A model generated the notes under the pieces. It did not search any database. It was not told the DNA's origin and was given only the letters and a program-made list of their open reading frames with translations. From the NCBI GenBank assembly GCA_964057225.1, contig OZ059900.1, positions 20,336,001 to 20,400,000 of the forward strand: DNA of 64,000 nt. The letters are read 5' to 3'. The stretch comes from Auanema rhodensis (lineage: Eukaryota; Animalia; Nematoda). Position numbers and translations under genes: made by a program. This document shows, one piece after another, positions 42,700 to 56,700 of the stretch (position 1 is its first letter; each line of letters opens with the position of its first letter).

Positions 42700-45600
42700 G
42701 CCCCTTATGGCTAATATTGATTGAATCGATTTTGGTTCATATGAGTCGTCAAATGCAACGAATTCCAGCGTGTTACATACTAAAATGAAGCATTTTACAT
42801 GCTGAACACTAGAAAAATACAAAAACACAGTATTTCCCATGAGAAATATTTTATTATGCTGGAAAACCAGTTTTTGGAAATTTCGCTGTAAACAAGGTTT
42901 TGACTTACGATTTCATGTGTTCAAACTCATGCAATGTCAATGAAACCTAGCTCAAAATTGTTCGTACAACGTCTAGTTCCACTTTCACGACAAAAAAAAT
43001 AGGGGTTAGAAAATTAAGGAAATTAGCATATTCTGAGGGCACGCCCCTTATGGCTAATATTGATTAAATCGATTTTTGTTCATATGAGTCGTCAAATGCA
43101 ACGAATTTCAGCGTGTTACATACTAAAATGAAGCATTTTACATGCTGAACACTAGAAAAATACAAAAACACAGTATTTCCCATGAGAAATATTTTATTAT
43201 GCTGGAAAACCAGTTTTTGGAAATTTCGCTGTAAACAAGGTTTTGACTTACGATTTCATGTGTTCAAACTCATGCAATGTCAATGAAACCTAGCTCAAAA
43301 TTGTTCGTACAACGTCTAGTTCCACTTTCACGACAAAAAAACAGGGGTTAGAAAATTAAGGAAATTAGCATATTCTGAGGGCACGCCCCTTATGGCTAAT
43401 ATTGATTAAATCGATTTTTGTTCATATGAGTCGTCAAATGCAACGAATTTCAGCGTGTTACATACTAAAATGAAGCATTTTACATGCTGAACACTAGAAA
43501 AATACAAAAACACAGTATTTCCCATGAGAAATATTTTATTATGCTGGAAAACCAGTTTTTGGAAATTTCGCTGTAAACAAGGTTTTGACTTACGATTTCA
43601 TGTGTTCAAACTCATGCAATGTCAATGAAACCTAGCTCAAAATTGTTCCTACAACGTCTAATTCCACTTTCACGACAAAAAAACAGGGGTTAGAAAATTA
43701 AGGAAATTAGCATATTCAGAGGGCACGCCCCTTATGGCTAATATTGATTGAATCGATTTTGGTTCATATGAGTCGTCAAATGCAACGAATTCCAGCGTGT
43801 TACATACTAAAATGAAGCATTTTACATGCTGAACACTAGAAAAATACAAAAACACAGTATTTCCCATGAGAAATATTTTATTATGCTGGAAAACCAGTTT
43901 TTGGAAATTTCGCTGTAAACAAGGTTTTGACTTACGATTTCATGTGTTCAAACTCATGCAATGTCAATGAAACCTAGCTCAAAATTGTTCGTACAACGTC
44001 TAGTTCCACTTTCACGACAAAAAAATAGGGGTTAGAAAATTAAGGAAATTAGCATATTCTGAGGGCACGCCCCTTATGGCTAATATTGATTAAATCGATT
44101 TTTGTTCATATGAGTCGTCAAATGCAACGAATTTCAGCGTGTTACATACTAAAATGAAGCATTTTAAATGCTGAACACTAGAAAAATACAAAAACACAGT
44201 ATTTCCCATGAGAAATATTTTATTATGCTGGAAAACCAGTTTTTGGAAATTTCGCTGTAAACAAGGTTTTGACTTACGATTTCATGTGTTCAAACTCATG
44301 CAATGTCAATGAAACCTAGCTCAAAATTGTTCCTACAACGTCTAGTTCCACTTTCACGACAAAAAAAACAGGGGTTAGAAAATTAAGGAAATTAGCATAT
44401 TCTGAGGGCACGCCCCTTATGGCTAATAATGATTTAATCGATTTTTGTTCATATGAGTCGTCAAATGCAACGAATTTCAGCGTGTTACATACTAAAATGA
44501 AACATTTTACATGCTGAACACTAGAAAAATACAAAAACACAGTATTTCCCATGAGAAATATTTTATTATGCTGGAAAACCAGTTTTTGGAAATTTCGCTG
44601 TAAACAAGGTTTTGACTTACGATTTCATGTGTTCAAACTCATGCAATGTCAATGAAACCTAGCTCAAAATTGTTTGTACAACGTCTAGTTCCACTTTCAC
44701 GACAAAAAAAATAGGGGTTAGAAAATTAAGGAAATTAGCATATTCTGAGGGCACGCCCCTTATGGCTAATATTGATTGAATCGATTTTGGTTCATATGAG
44801 TCGTCAAATGCAACGAATTCCAGCGTGTTACATACTAAAATGAAGCATTTTACATGCTGAAAACTAGAAAAATACAAAAACACAGTATTTCCCATGAGAA
44901 ATATTTTATTATGCTGGAAAACCAGTTTTTGGAAATTTCGCTGTAAACAAGGTTTTGACTTACGATTTCATGTGTTCAAACTCATGCAATGTCAATGAAA
45001 CCTAGCTCAAAATTGTTCGTACAACGTCTAGTTCCACTTTCACGACAAAAAAAATAGGGGTTAGAAAATTAAGGAAATTAGCATATTCTGAGGGCACGCC
45101 CCTTATGGCTAATATTGATTAAATCGATTTTTGTTCATATGAGTCGTCAAATGCAACGAATTTCAGCGTGTTACATACTAAAATGAAGCATTTTACATGC
45201 TGAACACTAGAAAAATACAAAAACACAGTATTTCCCATGAGAAATATTTTATTATGCTGGAAAACCAGTTTTTGGAAATTTCGCTGTAAACAAGGTTTTG
45301 ACTTACGATTTCATGTGTTCAAACTCATGCAATGTCAATGAAACCTAGCTCAAAATTGTTCGTACAACGTCTAGTTCCACTTTCACGACAAAAAAACAGG
45401 GGTTAGAAAATTAAGGAAATTAGCATATTCTGAGGGCACGCCCCTTATGGCTAATATTGATTAAATCGATTTTTGTTCATATGAGTCGTCAAATGCAACG
45501 AATTTCAGCGTGTTACATACTAAAATGAAGCATTTTACATGCTGAACACTAGAAAAATACAAAAACACAGTATTTCCCATGAGAAATATTTTATTATGCT

Positions 45601-46760
45601 GGAAAACCAGTTTTTGGAAATTTCGCTGTAAACAAGGTTTTGACTTACGATTTCATGTGTTCAAACTCATGCAATGTCAATGAAACCTAGCTCAAAATTG
45701 TTCCTACAACGTCTAATTCCACTTTCACGACAAAAAAACAGGGGTTAGAAAATTAAGGAAATTAGCATATTCAGAGGGCACGCCCCTTATGGCTAATATT
45801 GATTGAATCGATTTTGGTTCATATGAGTCGTCAAATGCAACGAATTCCAGCGTGTTACATACTAAAATGAAGCATTTTACATGCTGAACACTAGAAAAAT
45901 ACAAAAACACAGTATTTCCCATGAGAAATATTTTATTATGCTGGAAAACCAGTTTTTGGAAATTTCGCTGTAAACAAGGTTTTGACTTACGATTTCATGT
46001 GTTCAAACTCATGCAATGTCAATGAAACCTAGCTCAAAATTGTTCGTACAACGTCTAGTTCCACTTTCACGACAAAAAAATAGGGGTTAGAAAATTAAGG
46101 AAATTAGCATATTCTGAGGGCACGCCCCTTATGGCTAATATTGATTAAATCGATTTTTGTTCATATGAGTCGTCAAATGCAACGAATTTCAGCGTGTTAC
46201 ATACTAAAATGAAGCATTTTAAATGCTGAACACTAGAAAAATACAAAAACACAGTATTTCCCATGAGAAATATTTTATTATGCTGGAAAACCAGTTTTTG
46301 GAAATTTCGCTGTAAACAAGGTTTTGACTTACGATTTCATGTGTTCAAACTCATGCAATGTCAATGAAACCTAGCTCAAAATTGTTCCTACAACGTCTAG
46401 TTCCACTTTCACGACAAAAAAAACAGGGGTTAGAAAATTAAGGAAATTAGCATATTCTGAGGGCACGCCCCTTATGGCTAATAATGATTTAATCGATTTT
46501 TGTTCATATGAGTCGTCAAATGCAACGAATTTCAGCGTGTTACATACTAAAATGAAACATTTTACATGCTGAACACTAGAAAAATACAAAAACACAGTAT
46601 TTCCCATGAGAAATATTTTATTATGCTGGAAAACCAGTTTTTGGAAATTTCGCTGTAAACAAGGTTTTGACTTACGATTTCATGTGTTCAAACTCATGCA
46701 ATGTCAATGAAACCTAGCTCAAAATTGTTTGTACAACGTCTAGTTCCACTTTCACGACAA
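42700..46760 (+). repeat. Tandem 6-monomer (2055 bp) higher-order duplication
   Basis: ORF-track pairs 42604/44659, 43670/45725 and 44316/46371 are all 2055 bp apart. The 'gatttaatc' variant is seen in these two copies (~44435, ~46490). Confidence 0.88.
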
Positions 46761-49700
46761 AAAAACAGGGGTTAGAAAATTAAGGAAATTAGCATATTCT
46801 GAGGGCACGCCCCTTATGGCTAATATTGATTAAATCGATTTTTGTTCATATGAGTAGTCAAATGCAACGAATTTCAGCGTGTTACATACTAAAATGAATC
46901 ATTTTACATGCTGAACACTAGAAAAATACAAAAAGACAGTATTTCCCATGAGAAATATTTTATTATGCTGGAAAACCAGTTTTTGGAAATTTCGCTGTAA
47001 ACAAGGTTTTGACTTACGATTTCATGTGTTCAAACTCATGCAATGTCAATGAAACCTAGCTCAAAATTGTTTCTACAACGTCTAGTTCCACTTTCACGAC
47101 AAAAAAACAGGGGTTAGAAAATTAAGGAAATTAGCATATTCTGAGGGCACGCCGTTTATGGCTAATATTGATTAAATCGATTTTTGTTCATATGAGTCGT
47201 CAAATGCAACGAATTTCAGCGTGTTACATACTAAAATGAAGCATTTTACTTGCTGAACACTAGAAAAATACAAAAACACAGTATTTCCCATGAGAAATAT
47301 TTTATTATGCTGGAAAACCAGTTTTTGGAAATTTCGCTGTAAACAAGGTTTTGACTTACGATTTCATGTGTTCAAACTCATGCAATGTCAATGAAACCTA
47401 GCTCAAAATTGTTCCTACAACGTCTAGTTCCACTTTCACGACAAAAAAATAGGGGTTAGAAAATTAAGGAAATTAGCATATTCTGAGGGCACGCCCCTTA
47501 TGGCTAATATTGATTAAATCGATTTTTGTTCATATGAGTAGTCAAATGCAACGAATTTCAGCGTGTTACATACTAAAATGAAGCATTTTACATGCTGAAC
47601 ACTAGAAAAATACAAAAACACAGTATTTCCCATGAGAAATATTTTATTATGCTGGAAAACCAGTTTTTGGAAATTTCGCTGTAAACAAGGTTTTGACTTA
47701 CGATTTCATGTGTTCAAACTCATGCAATGTCAATGAAACCTAGCTCAAAATTGTTCGTACAACGTCTAGTTCCACTTTCACGACAAAAAAACAGGGGTTA
47801 GAAAATTAAGGAAATTAGCATATTCTGAGGGCACGCCCCTTATGGCTAATATTGATTAAATCGATTTTTGTTCATATGAGTCGTCAAATGCAACGAATTT
47901 CAGCGTGTTACATACTAAACTGAAGCATTTTACATGCTGAACACTAGAAAAATACAAAAACACAGTATTTCCCATGAGAAATATTTTATTATGCTGGAAA
48001 ACCAGTTTTTGGAAATTTCGCTGTAAACAAGGTTTTGACTTACGATTTCATGTGTTCAAACTCATGCAATGTCAATGAAACCTAGCTCAAAATTGTTCCT
48101 ACAACGTCTAGTTCCACTTTCACGACAAAAAAAACAGGGGTTAGAAAATTAAGGAAATTAGCATATTCTGAGGGCACGCCCCTTATGGCTAATAATGATT
48201 AAATCGATTTTTGTTCATATGAGTCGTCAAATGCAACGAATTTCAGCGTGTTACATACTAAAATGAAACATTTTACATGCTGAACACTAGAAAAATACAA
48301 AAACACAGTATTTCCCATGAGAAATATTTTATTATGCTGGAAAACCAGTTTTTGGAAATTTCGCTGTAAACAAGGTTTTGACTTACGATTTCATGTGTTC
48401 AAACTCATGCAATGTCAATGAAACCTAGCTCAAAATTGTTTGTACAACGTCTAGTTCCACTTTCACGACAAAAAAACAGGGGTTAGAAAATTAAGGAAAT
48501 TAGCATATTCTGAGGGCACGCCCCTTATGGCTAATATTGATTAAATCGATTTTTGTTCATATGAGTCGTCAAATGCAACGAATTTCAGCGTGTTACATAC
48601 TAAAATGAAGCATTTTACATGCTGAACACTAGAAAAATACAAAAACACAGTATTTCCCATGAGAAATATTTTATTATGCTGGAAAACCAGTTTTTGGAAA
48701 TTTCGCTGTAAACAAGGTTTTGACTTACGATTTCATGTGTTCAAACTCATGCAATGTCAATGAAACCTAGCTCAAAATTGTTCCTACAACGTCTAATTCC
48801 ACTTTCACGACAAAAAAACAGGGGTTAGAAAATTAAGGAAATTAGCATATTCAGAGGGCACGCCCCTTATGGCTAATATTGATTAAATCGATTTTTGTTC
48901 ATATGAGTCGTCAAATGCAACGAATTTCAGCGTGTTACATACTAAAATGAAGCATTTTACACGCTGAACACTAGAAAAATACAAAAACACAGTATTTCCC
49001 ATGAGAAATATTTTATTATGCTGGAAAACCAGTTTTTGGAAATTTCGCTGTAAACAAGGTTTTGACTTACGATTTCATGTGTTCAAACTCATGCAATGTC
49101 AATGAAACCTAGCTCAAAATTGTTCCTACAACGTCTAGTTCCACTTTCACGACAAAAAAAACAGGGGTTAGAAAATTAAGGAAATTAGCATATTCTGAGG
49201 GCACGCCCCTTATGGCTAATAATGATTAAATCGATTTTTGTTCATATGAGTCGTCAAATGCAACGAATTTCAGCGTGTTACATACTAAAATGAAACATTT
49301 TACATGCTGAACACTAGAAAAATACAAAAACACAGTATTTCCCATGAGAAATATTTTATTATGCTGGAAAACCAGTTTTTGGAAATTTCGCTGTAAACAA
49401 GGTTTTGACTTACGATTTCATGTGTTCAAACTCATGCAATGTCAATGAAACCTAGCTCAAAATTGTTTGTACAACGTCTAGTTCCACTTTCACGACAAAA
49501 AAACAGGGGTTAGAAAATTAAGGAAATTAGCATATTCTGAGGGCACGCCCCTTATGGCTAATATTGATTAAATCGATTTTTGTTCATATGAGTCGTCAAA
49601 TGCAACGAATTTCAGCGTGTTACATACTAAAATGAAGCATTTTACATGCTGAACACTAGAAAAATACAAAAACACAGTATTTCCCATGAGAAATATTTTA

Positions 49701-52700
49701 TTATGCTGGAAAACCAGTTTTTGGAAATTTCGCTGTAAACAAGGTTTTGACTTACGATTTCATGTGTTCAAACTCATGCAATGTCAATGAAACCTAGCTC
49801 AAAATTGTTCCTACAACGTCTAATTCCACTTTCACGACAAAAAAACAGGGGTTAGAAAATTAAGGAAATTAGCATATTCAGAGGGCACGCCCCTTATGGC
49901 TAATATTGATTAAATCGATTTTTGTTCATATGAGTCGTCAAATGCAACGAATTTCAGCGTGTTACATACTAAAATGAAGCATTTTACATGCTGAACACTA
50001 GAAAAATACAAAAACACAGTATTTCCCATGAGAAATATTTTATTATGCTGGAAAACCAGTTTTTGGAAATTTCGCTGTAAACAAGGTTTTGACTTACGAT
50101 TTCATGTGTTCAAACTCATGCAATGTCAATGAAACCTAGCTCAAAATTGTTCGTACAACGTCTAGTTCCACTTTCACGACAAAAAAATAGGGGTTAGAAA
50201 ATTAAGGAAATTAGCATATTCTGAGGGCACGCCCCTTATGGCTAATATTGATTAAATCGATTTTTGTTCATATGAGTCGTCAAATGCAACGAATTTCAGC
50301 GTGTTACATACTAAAATGAAGCATTTTACATGCTGAACACTAGAAAAATACAAAAACACAGTATTTCCCATGAGAAATATTTTATTATGCTGGAAAACCA
50401 GTTTTTGGAAATTTCGCTGTAAACAAGGTTTGACTTACGATTTCATGTGTTCAAACTCATGCAATGTCAATGAAACCTAGCTCAAAATTGTTCGTACAAC
50501 GTCTAGTTCCACTTTCACGACAAAAAAAATAGGGGTTAGAAAATTAAGGAAATTAGCATATTCTGAGGGCACGCCCCTTATGGCTAATATTGATTAAATC
50601 GATTTTTGTTCATATGAGTCGTCAAATGCAACGAATTTCAGCGTGTTACATACTAAAATGAAGCATTTTACATGCTGAACACTAGAAAAATACAAAAACA
50701 CAGTATTTCCCATGAGAAATATTTTATTATGCTGGAAAACCAGTTTTTGGAAATTTCGCTGTAAACAAGGTTTTGACTTACGATTTCATGTGTTCAAACT
50801 CATGCAATGTCAATGAAACCTAGCTCAAAATTGTTCGTACAACGTCTAGTTCCACTTTCACGACAAAAAAACAGGGGTTAGAAAATTAAGGAAATTAGCA
50901 TATTCTGAGGGCACGCCCCTTATGGCTAATATTGATTAAATCGATTTTTGTTCATATGAGTCGTCAAATGCAACGAATTTCAGCGTGTTACATACTAAAA
51001 TGAAGCATTTTACATGCTGAACACTAGAAAAATACAAAAACACAGTATTTCCCATGAGAAATATTTTATTATGCTGGAAAACCAGTTTTTGGAAATTTCG
51101 CTGTAAACAAGGTTTTGACTTACGATTTCATGTGTTCAAACTCATGCAATGTCAATGAAACCTAGCTCAAAATTGTTCCTACAACGTCTAATTCCACTTT
51201 CACGACAAAAAAACAGGGATTAGAAAATTAAGGAAATTAGCATATTCAGAGGGCACGCCCCTTATGGCTAATATTGATTGAATCGATTTTGGTTCATATG
51301 AGTCGTCAAATGCAACGAATTCCAGCGTGTTACATACTAAAATGAAGCATTTTACATGCTGAACACTAGAAAAATACAAAAACACAGTATTTCCCATGAG
51401 AAAGATTTTATTATGCTGGAAAACCAGTTTTTGGAAATTTCGCTGTAAACAAGGTTTTGACTTACGATTTCATGTGTTCAAACTCATGCAATGTCAATGA
51501 AACCTAGCTCAAAATTGTTCGTACAACGTCTAGTTCCACTTTCACGACAAAAAAATAGGGGTTAGAAAATTAAGGAAATTAGCATATTCTGAGGGCACGC
51601 CCCTTATGGCTAATATTGATTAAATCGATTTTTGTTCATATGAGTCGTCAAATGCAACGAATTTCAGCGTGTTACATACTAAAATGAAGCATTTTAAATG
51701 CTGAACACTAGAAAAATACAAAAACACAGTATTTCCCATGAGAAATATTTTATTATGCTGGAAAACCAGTTTTTGGAAATTTCGCTGTAAACAAGGTTTT
51801 GACTTACGATTTCATGTGTTCAAACTCATGCAATGTCAATGAAACCTAGCTCAAAATTGTTCCTACAACGTCTAGTTCCACTTTCACGACAAAGAAAACA
51901 GGGGTTAGAAAATTAAGGAAATTAGCATATTCTGAGGGCACGCCCCTTATGGCTAATAATGATTAAATCGATTTTTGTTCATATGAGTCGTCAAATGCAA
52001 CGAATTTCAGCGTGTTACATACTAAAATGAAACATTTTACATGCTGAACACTAGAAAAATACAAAAACACAGTATTTCCCATGAGAAATATTTTATTATG
52101 CTGGAAAACCAGTTTTTGGAAATTTCGCTGTAAACAAGGTTTTGACTTACGATTTCATGTGTTCAAACTCATGCAATGTCAATGAAACCTAGCTCAAAAT
52201 TGTTTGTACAACGTCTAGTTCCACTTTCACGACAAAAAAACAGGGGTTAGAAAATTAAGGAAATTAGCATATTCTGAGGGCACGCCCCTTATGGCTAATA
52301 TTGATTAAATCGATTTTTGTTCATATGAGTAGTCAAATGCAACGAATTTCAGCGTGTTACATACTAAAATGAATCATTTTACATGCTGAACACTAGAAAA
52401 ATACAAAAAGACAGTATTTCCCATGAGAAATATTTTATTATGCTGGAAAACCAGTTTTTGGAAATTTCGCTGTAAACAAGGTTTTGACTTACGATTTCAT
52501 GTGTTCAAACTCATGCAATGTCAATGAAACCTAGCTCAAAATTGTTCCTACAACGTCTAGTTCCACTTTCACGACAAAAAAATAGGGGTTAGAAAATTAA
52601 GGAAATTAGCATATTCTGAGGGCACGCCCCTTATGGCTAATATTGATTAAATCGATTTTTGTTCATATGAGTAGTCAAATGCAACGAATTTCAGCGTGTT

Positions 52701-55700
52701 ACATACTAAAATGAAGCATTTTACATGCTGAACACTAGAAAAATACAAAAACACAGTATTTCCCATGAGAAATATTTTATTATGCTGGAAAACCAGTTTT
52801 TGGAAATTTCGCTGTAAACAAGGTTTTGACTTACGATTTCATGTGTTCAAACTCATGCAATGTCAATGAAACCTAGCTCAAAATTGTTCGTACAACGTCT
52901 AGTTCCACTTTCACGACAAAAAAACAGGGGTTAGAAAATTAAGGAAATTAGCATATTCTGAGGGCACGCCCCTTATGGCTAATATTGATTAAATCGATTT
53001 TTGTTCATATGAGTCGTCAAATGCAACGAATTTCAGCGTGTTACATACTAAACTGAAGCATTTTACATGCTGAACACTAGAAAAATACAAAAACACAGTA
53101 TTTCCCATGAGAAATATTTTATTATGCTGGAAAACCAGTTTTTGGAAATTTCGCTGTAAACAAGGTTTTGACTTACGATTTCATGTGTTCAAACTCATGC
53201 AATGTCAATGAAACCTAGCTCAAAATTGTTCCTACAACGTCTAGTTCCACTTTCACGACAAAAAAAACAGGGGTTAGAAAATTAAGGAAATTAGCATATT
53301 CTGAGGGCACGCCCCTTATGGCTAATAATGATTAAATCGATTTTTGTTCATATGAGTCGTCAAATGCAACGAATTTCAGCGTGTTACATACTAAAATGAA
53401 ACATTTTACATGCTGAACACTAGAAAAATACAAAAACACAGTATTTCCCATGAGAAATATTTTATTATGCTGGAAAACCAGTTTTTGGAAATTTCGCTGT
53501 AAACAAGGTTTTGACTTACGATTTCATGTGTTCAAACTCATGCAATGTCAATGAAACCTAGCTCAAAATTGTTCGTACAACGTCTAGTTCCACTTTCACG
53601 ACAAAAAAACAGGGGTTAGAAAATTAAGGAAATTAGCATATTCTGAGGGCACGCCCCTTATGGCTAATATTGATTAAATCGATTTTTGTTCATATGAGTC
53701 GTCAAATGCAACGAATTTCAGCGTGTTACATACTAAAATGAAGCATTTTACATGCTGAACACTAGAAAAATACAAAAACACAGTATTTCCCATGAGAAAT
53801 ATTTTATTATGCTGGAAAACCAGTTTTTGGAAATTTCGCTGTAAACAAGGTTTTGACTTACGATTTCATGTGTTCAAACTCATGCAATGTCAATGAAACC
53901 TAGCTCAAAATTGTTCCTACAACGTCTAATTCCACTTTCACGACAAAAAAACAGGGGTTAGAAAATTAAGGAAATTAGCATATTCAGAGGGCACGCCCCT
54001 TATGGCTAATATTGATTGAATCGATTTTGGTTCATATGAGTCGTCAAATGCAACGAATTCCAGCGTGTTACATACTAAAATGAAGCATTTTACATGCTGA
54101 ACACTAGAAAAATACAAAAACACAGTATTTCCCATGAGAAATATTTTATTATGCTGGAAAACCAGTTTTTGGAAATTTCGCTGTAAACAAGGTTTTGACT
54201 TACGATTTCATGTGTTCAAACTCATGCAATGTCAATGAAACCTAGCTCAAAATTGTTCGTACAACGTCTAGTTCCACTTTCACGACAAAAAAATAGGGGT
54301 TAGAAAATTAAGGAAATTAGCATATTCTGAGGGCACGCCCCTTATGGCTAATATTGATTAAATCGATTTTTGTTCATATGAGTCGTCAAATGCAACGAAT
54401 TTCAGCGTGTTACATACTAAAATGAAGCATTTTAAATGCTGAACACTAGAAAAATACAAAAACACAGTATTTCCCATGAGAAATATTTTATTATGCTGGA
54501 AAACCAGTTTTTGGAAATTTCGCTGTAAACAAGGTTTTGACTTACGATTTCATGTGTTCAAACTCATGCAATGTCAATGAAACCTAGCTCAAAATTGTTC
54601 CTACAACGTCTAGTTCCACTTTCACGACAAAAAAAACAGGGGTTAGAAAATTAAGGAAATTAGCATATTCTGAGGGCACGCCCCTTATGGCTAATAATGA
54701 TTAAATCGATTTTTGTTCATATGAGTCGTCAAATGCAACGAATTTCAGCGTGTTACATACTAAAATGAAACATTTTACATGCTGAACACTAGAAAAATAC
54801 AAAAACACAGTATTTCCCATGAGAAATATTTTATTATGCTGGAAAACCAGTTTTTGGAAATTTCGCTGTAAACAAGGTTTTGACTTACGATTTCATGTGT
54901 TCAAACTCATGCAATGTCAATGAAACCTAGCTCAAAATTGTTTGTACAACGTCTAGTTCCACTTTCACGACAAAAAAACAGGGGTTAGAAAATTAAGGAA
55001 ATTAGCATATTCTGAGGGCACGCCCCTTATGGCTAATATTGATTAAATCGATTTTTGTTCATATGAGTAGTCAAATGCAACGAATTTCAGCGTGTTACAT
55101 ACTAAAATGAATCATTTTACATGCTGAACACTAGAAAAATACAAAAAGACAGTATTTCCCATGAGAAATATTTTATTATGCTGGAAAACCAGTTTTTGGA
55201 AATTTCGCTGTAAACAGGGTTTTGACTTACGATTTCATGTGTTCAAACTCATGCAATGTCAATGAAACCTAGCTCAAAATTGTTTCTACAACGTCTAGTT
55301 CCACTTTCACGACAAAAAAACAGGGGTTAGAAAATTAAGGAAATTAGCATATTCTGAGGGCACGCCGTTTATGGCTAATATTGATTAAATCGATTTTTGT
55401 TCATATGAGTCGTCAAATGCAACGAATTTCAGCGTGTTACATACTAAAATGAAGCATTTTACTTGCTGAACACTAGAAAAATACAAAAACACAGTATTTC
55501 CCATGAGAAATATTTTATTATGCTGGAAAACCAGTTTTTGGAAATTTCGCTGTAAACAAGGTTTTGACTTACGATTTCATGTGTTCAAACTCATGCAATG
55601 TCAATGAAACCTAGCTCAAAATTGTTCCTACAACGTCTAGTTCCACTTTCACGACAAAAAAATAGGGGTTAGAAAATTAAGGAAATTAGCATATTCTGAG

Positions 55701-56700
55701 GGCACGCCCCTTATGGCTAATATTGATTAAATCGATTTTTGTTCATATGAGTAGTCAAATGCAACGAATTTCAGCGTGTTACATACTAAAATGAAGCATT
55801 TTACATGCTGAACACTAGAAAAATACAAAAACACAGTATTTCCCATGAGAAATATTTTATTATGCTGGAAAACCAGTTTTTGGAAATTTCGCTGTAAACA
55901 AGGTTTTGACTTACGATTTCATGTGTTCAAACTCATGCAATGTCAATGAAACCTAGCTCAAAATTGTTCGTACAACGTCTAGTTCCACTTTCACGACAAA
56001 AAAACAGGGGTTAGAAAATTAAGGAAATTAGCATATTCTGAGGGCACGCCCCTTATGGCTAATATTGATTAAATCGATTTTTTTTCATATGAGTCGTCAA
56101 ATGCAACGAATTTCAGCGTGTTACATACTAAACTGAAGCATTTTACATGCTGAACACTAGAAAAATACAAAAACACAGTATTTCCCATGAGAAATATTTT
56201 ATTATGCTGGAAAACCAGTTTTTGGAAATTTCGCTGTAAACAAGGTTTTGACTTACGATTTCATGTGTTCAAACTCATGCAATGTCAATGAAACCTAGCT
56301 CAAAATTGTTCCTACAACGTCTAGTTCCACTTTCACGACAAAAAAAACAGGGGTTAGAAAATTAAGGAAATTAGCATATTCTGAGGGCACGCCCCTTATG
56401 GCTAATAATGATTAAATCGATTTTTGTTCATATGAGTCGTCAAATGCAACGAATTTCAGCGTGTTACATACTAAAATGAAACATTTTACATGCTGAACAC
56501 TAGAAAAATACAAAAACACAGTATTTCCCATGAGAAATATTTTATTATGCTGGAAAACCAGTTTTTGGAAATTTCGCTGTAAACAAGGTTTTGACTTACG
56601 ATTTCATGTGTTCAAACTCATGCAATGTCAATGAAACCTAGCTCAAAATTGTTTGTACAACGTCTAGTTCCACTTTCACGACAAAAAAACAGGGGTTAGA
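45700..56700 (+). repeat. 8/9-monomer higher-order block present three times (near 45.7, 51.2 and 53.9 kb)
   Basis: The variant order is the same in each copy: 6-SNP haplotype > ataggg > tttaaatg/cctac/aataatga > gaaacat/tttgt/gagtag > gaatcat/aaagac > (gccgttt/acttg) > ataggg/gagtag > aaactg. The 51.2-kb copy lacks the gccgttt/acttg unit. Offsets are 8213 and 2738 bp. Confidence 0.75.

Noticed and set aside
35116-54135. Twelve minus-strand ORFs of 65/78 aa (MGNTVFLYFSS...)
   Set aside because: They lie wholly inside satellite monomers. They open only where a SNP removes an in-frame TAA (gattaaatc>gattgaatc or gatttaatc), and the 65 vs 78 aa length follows the A7/A8 tract. I see no recognisable domain or expression signals. 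They are useful only as haplotype markers.
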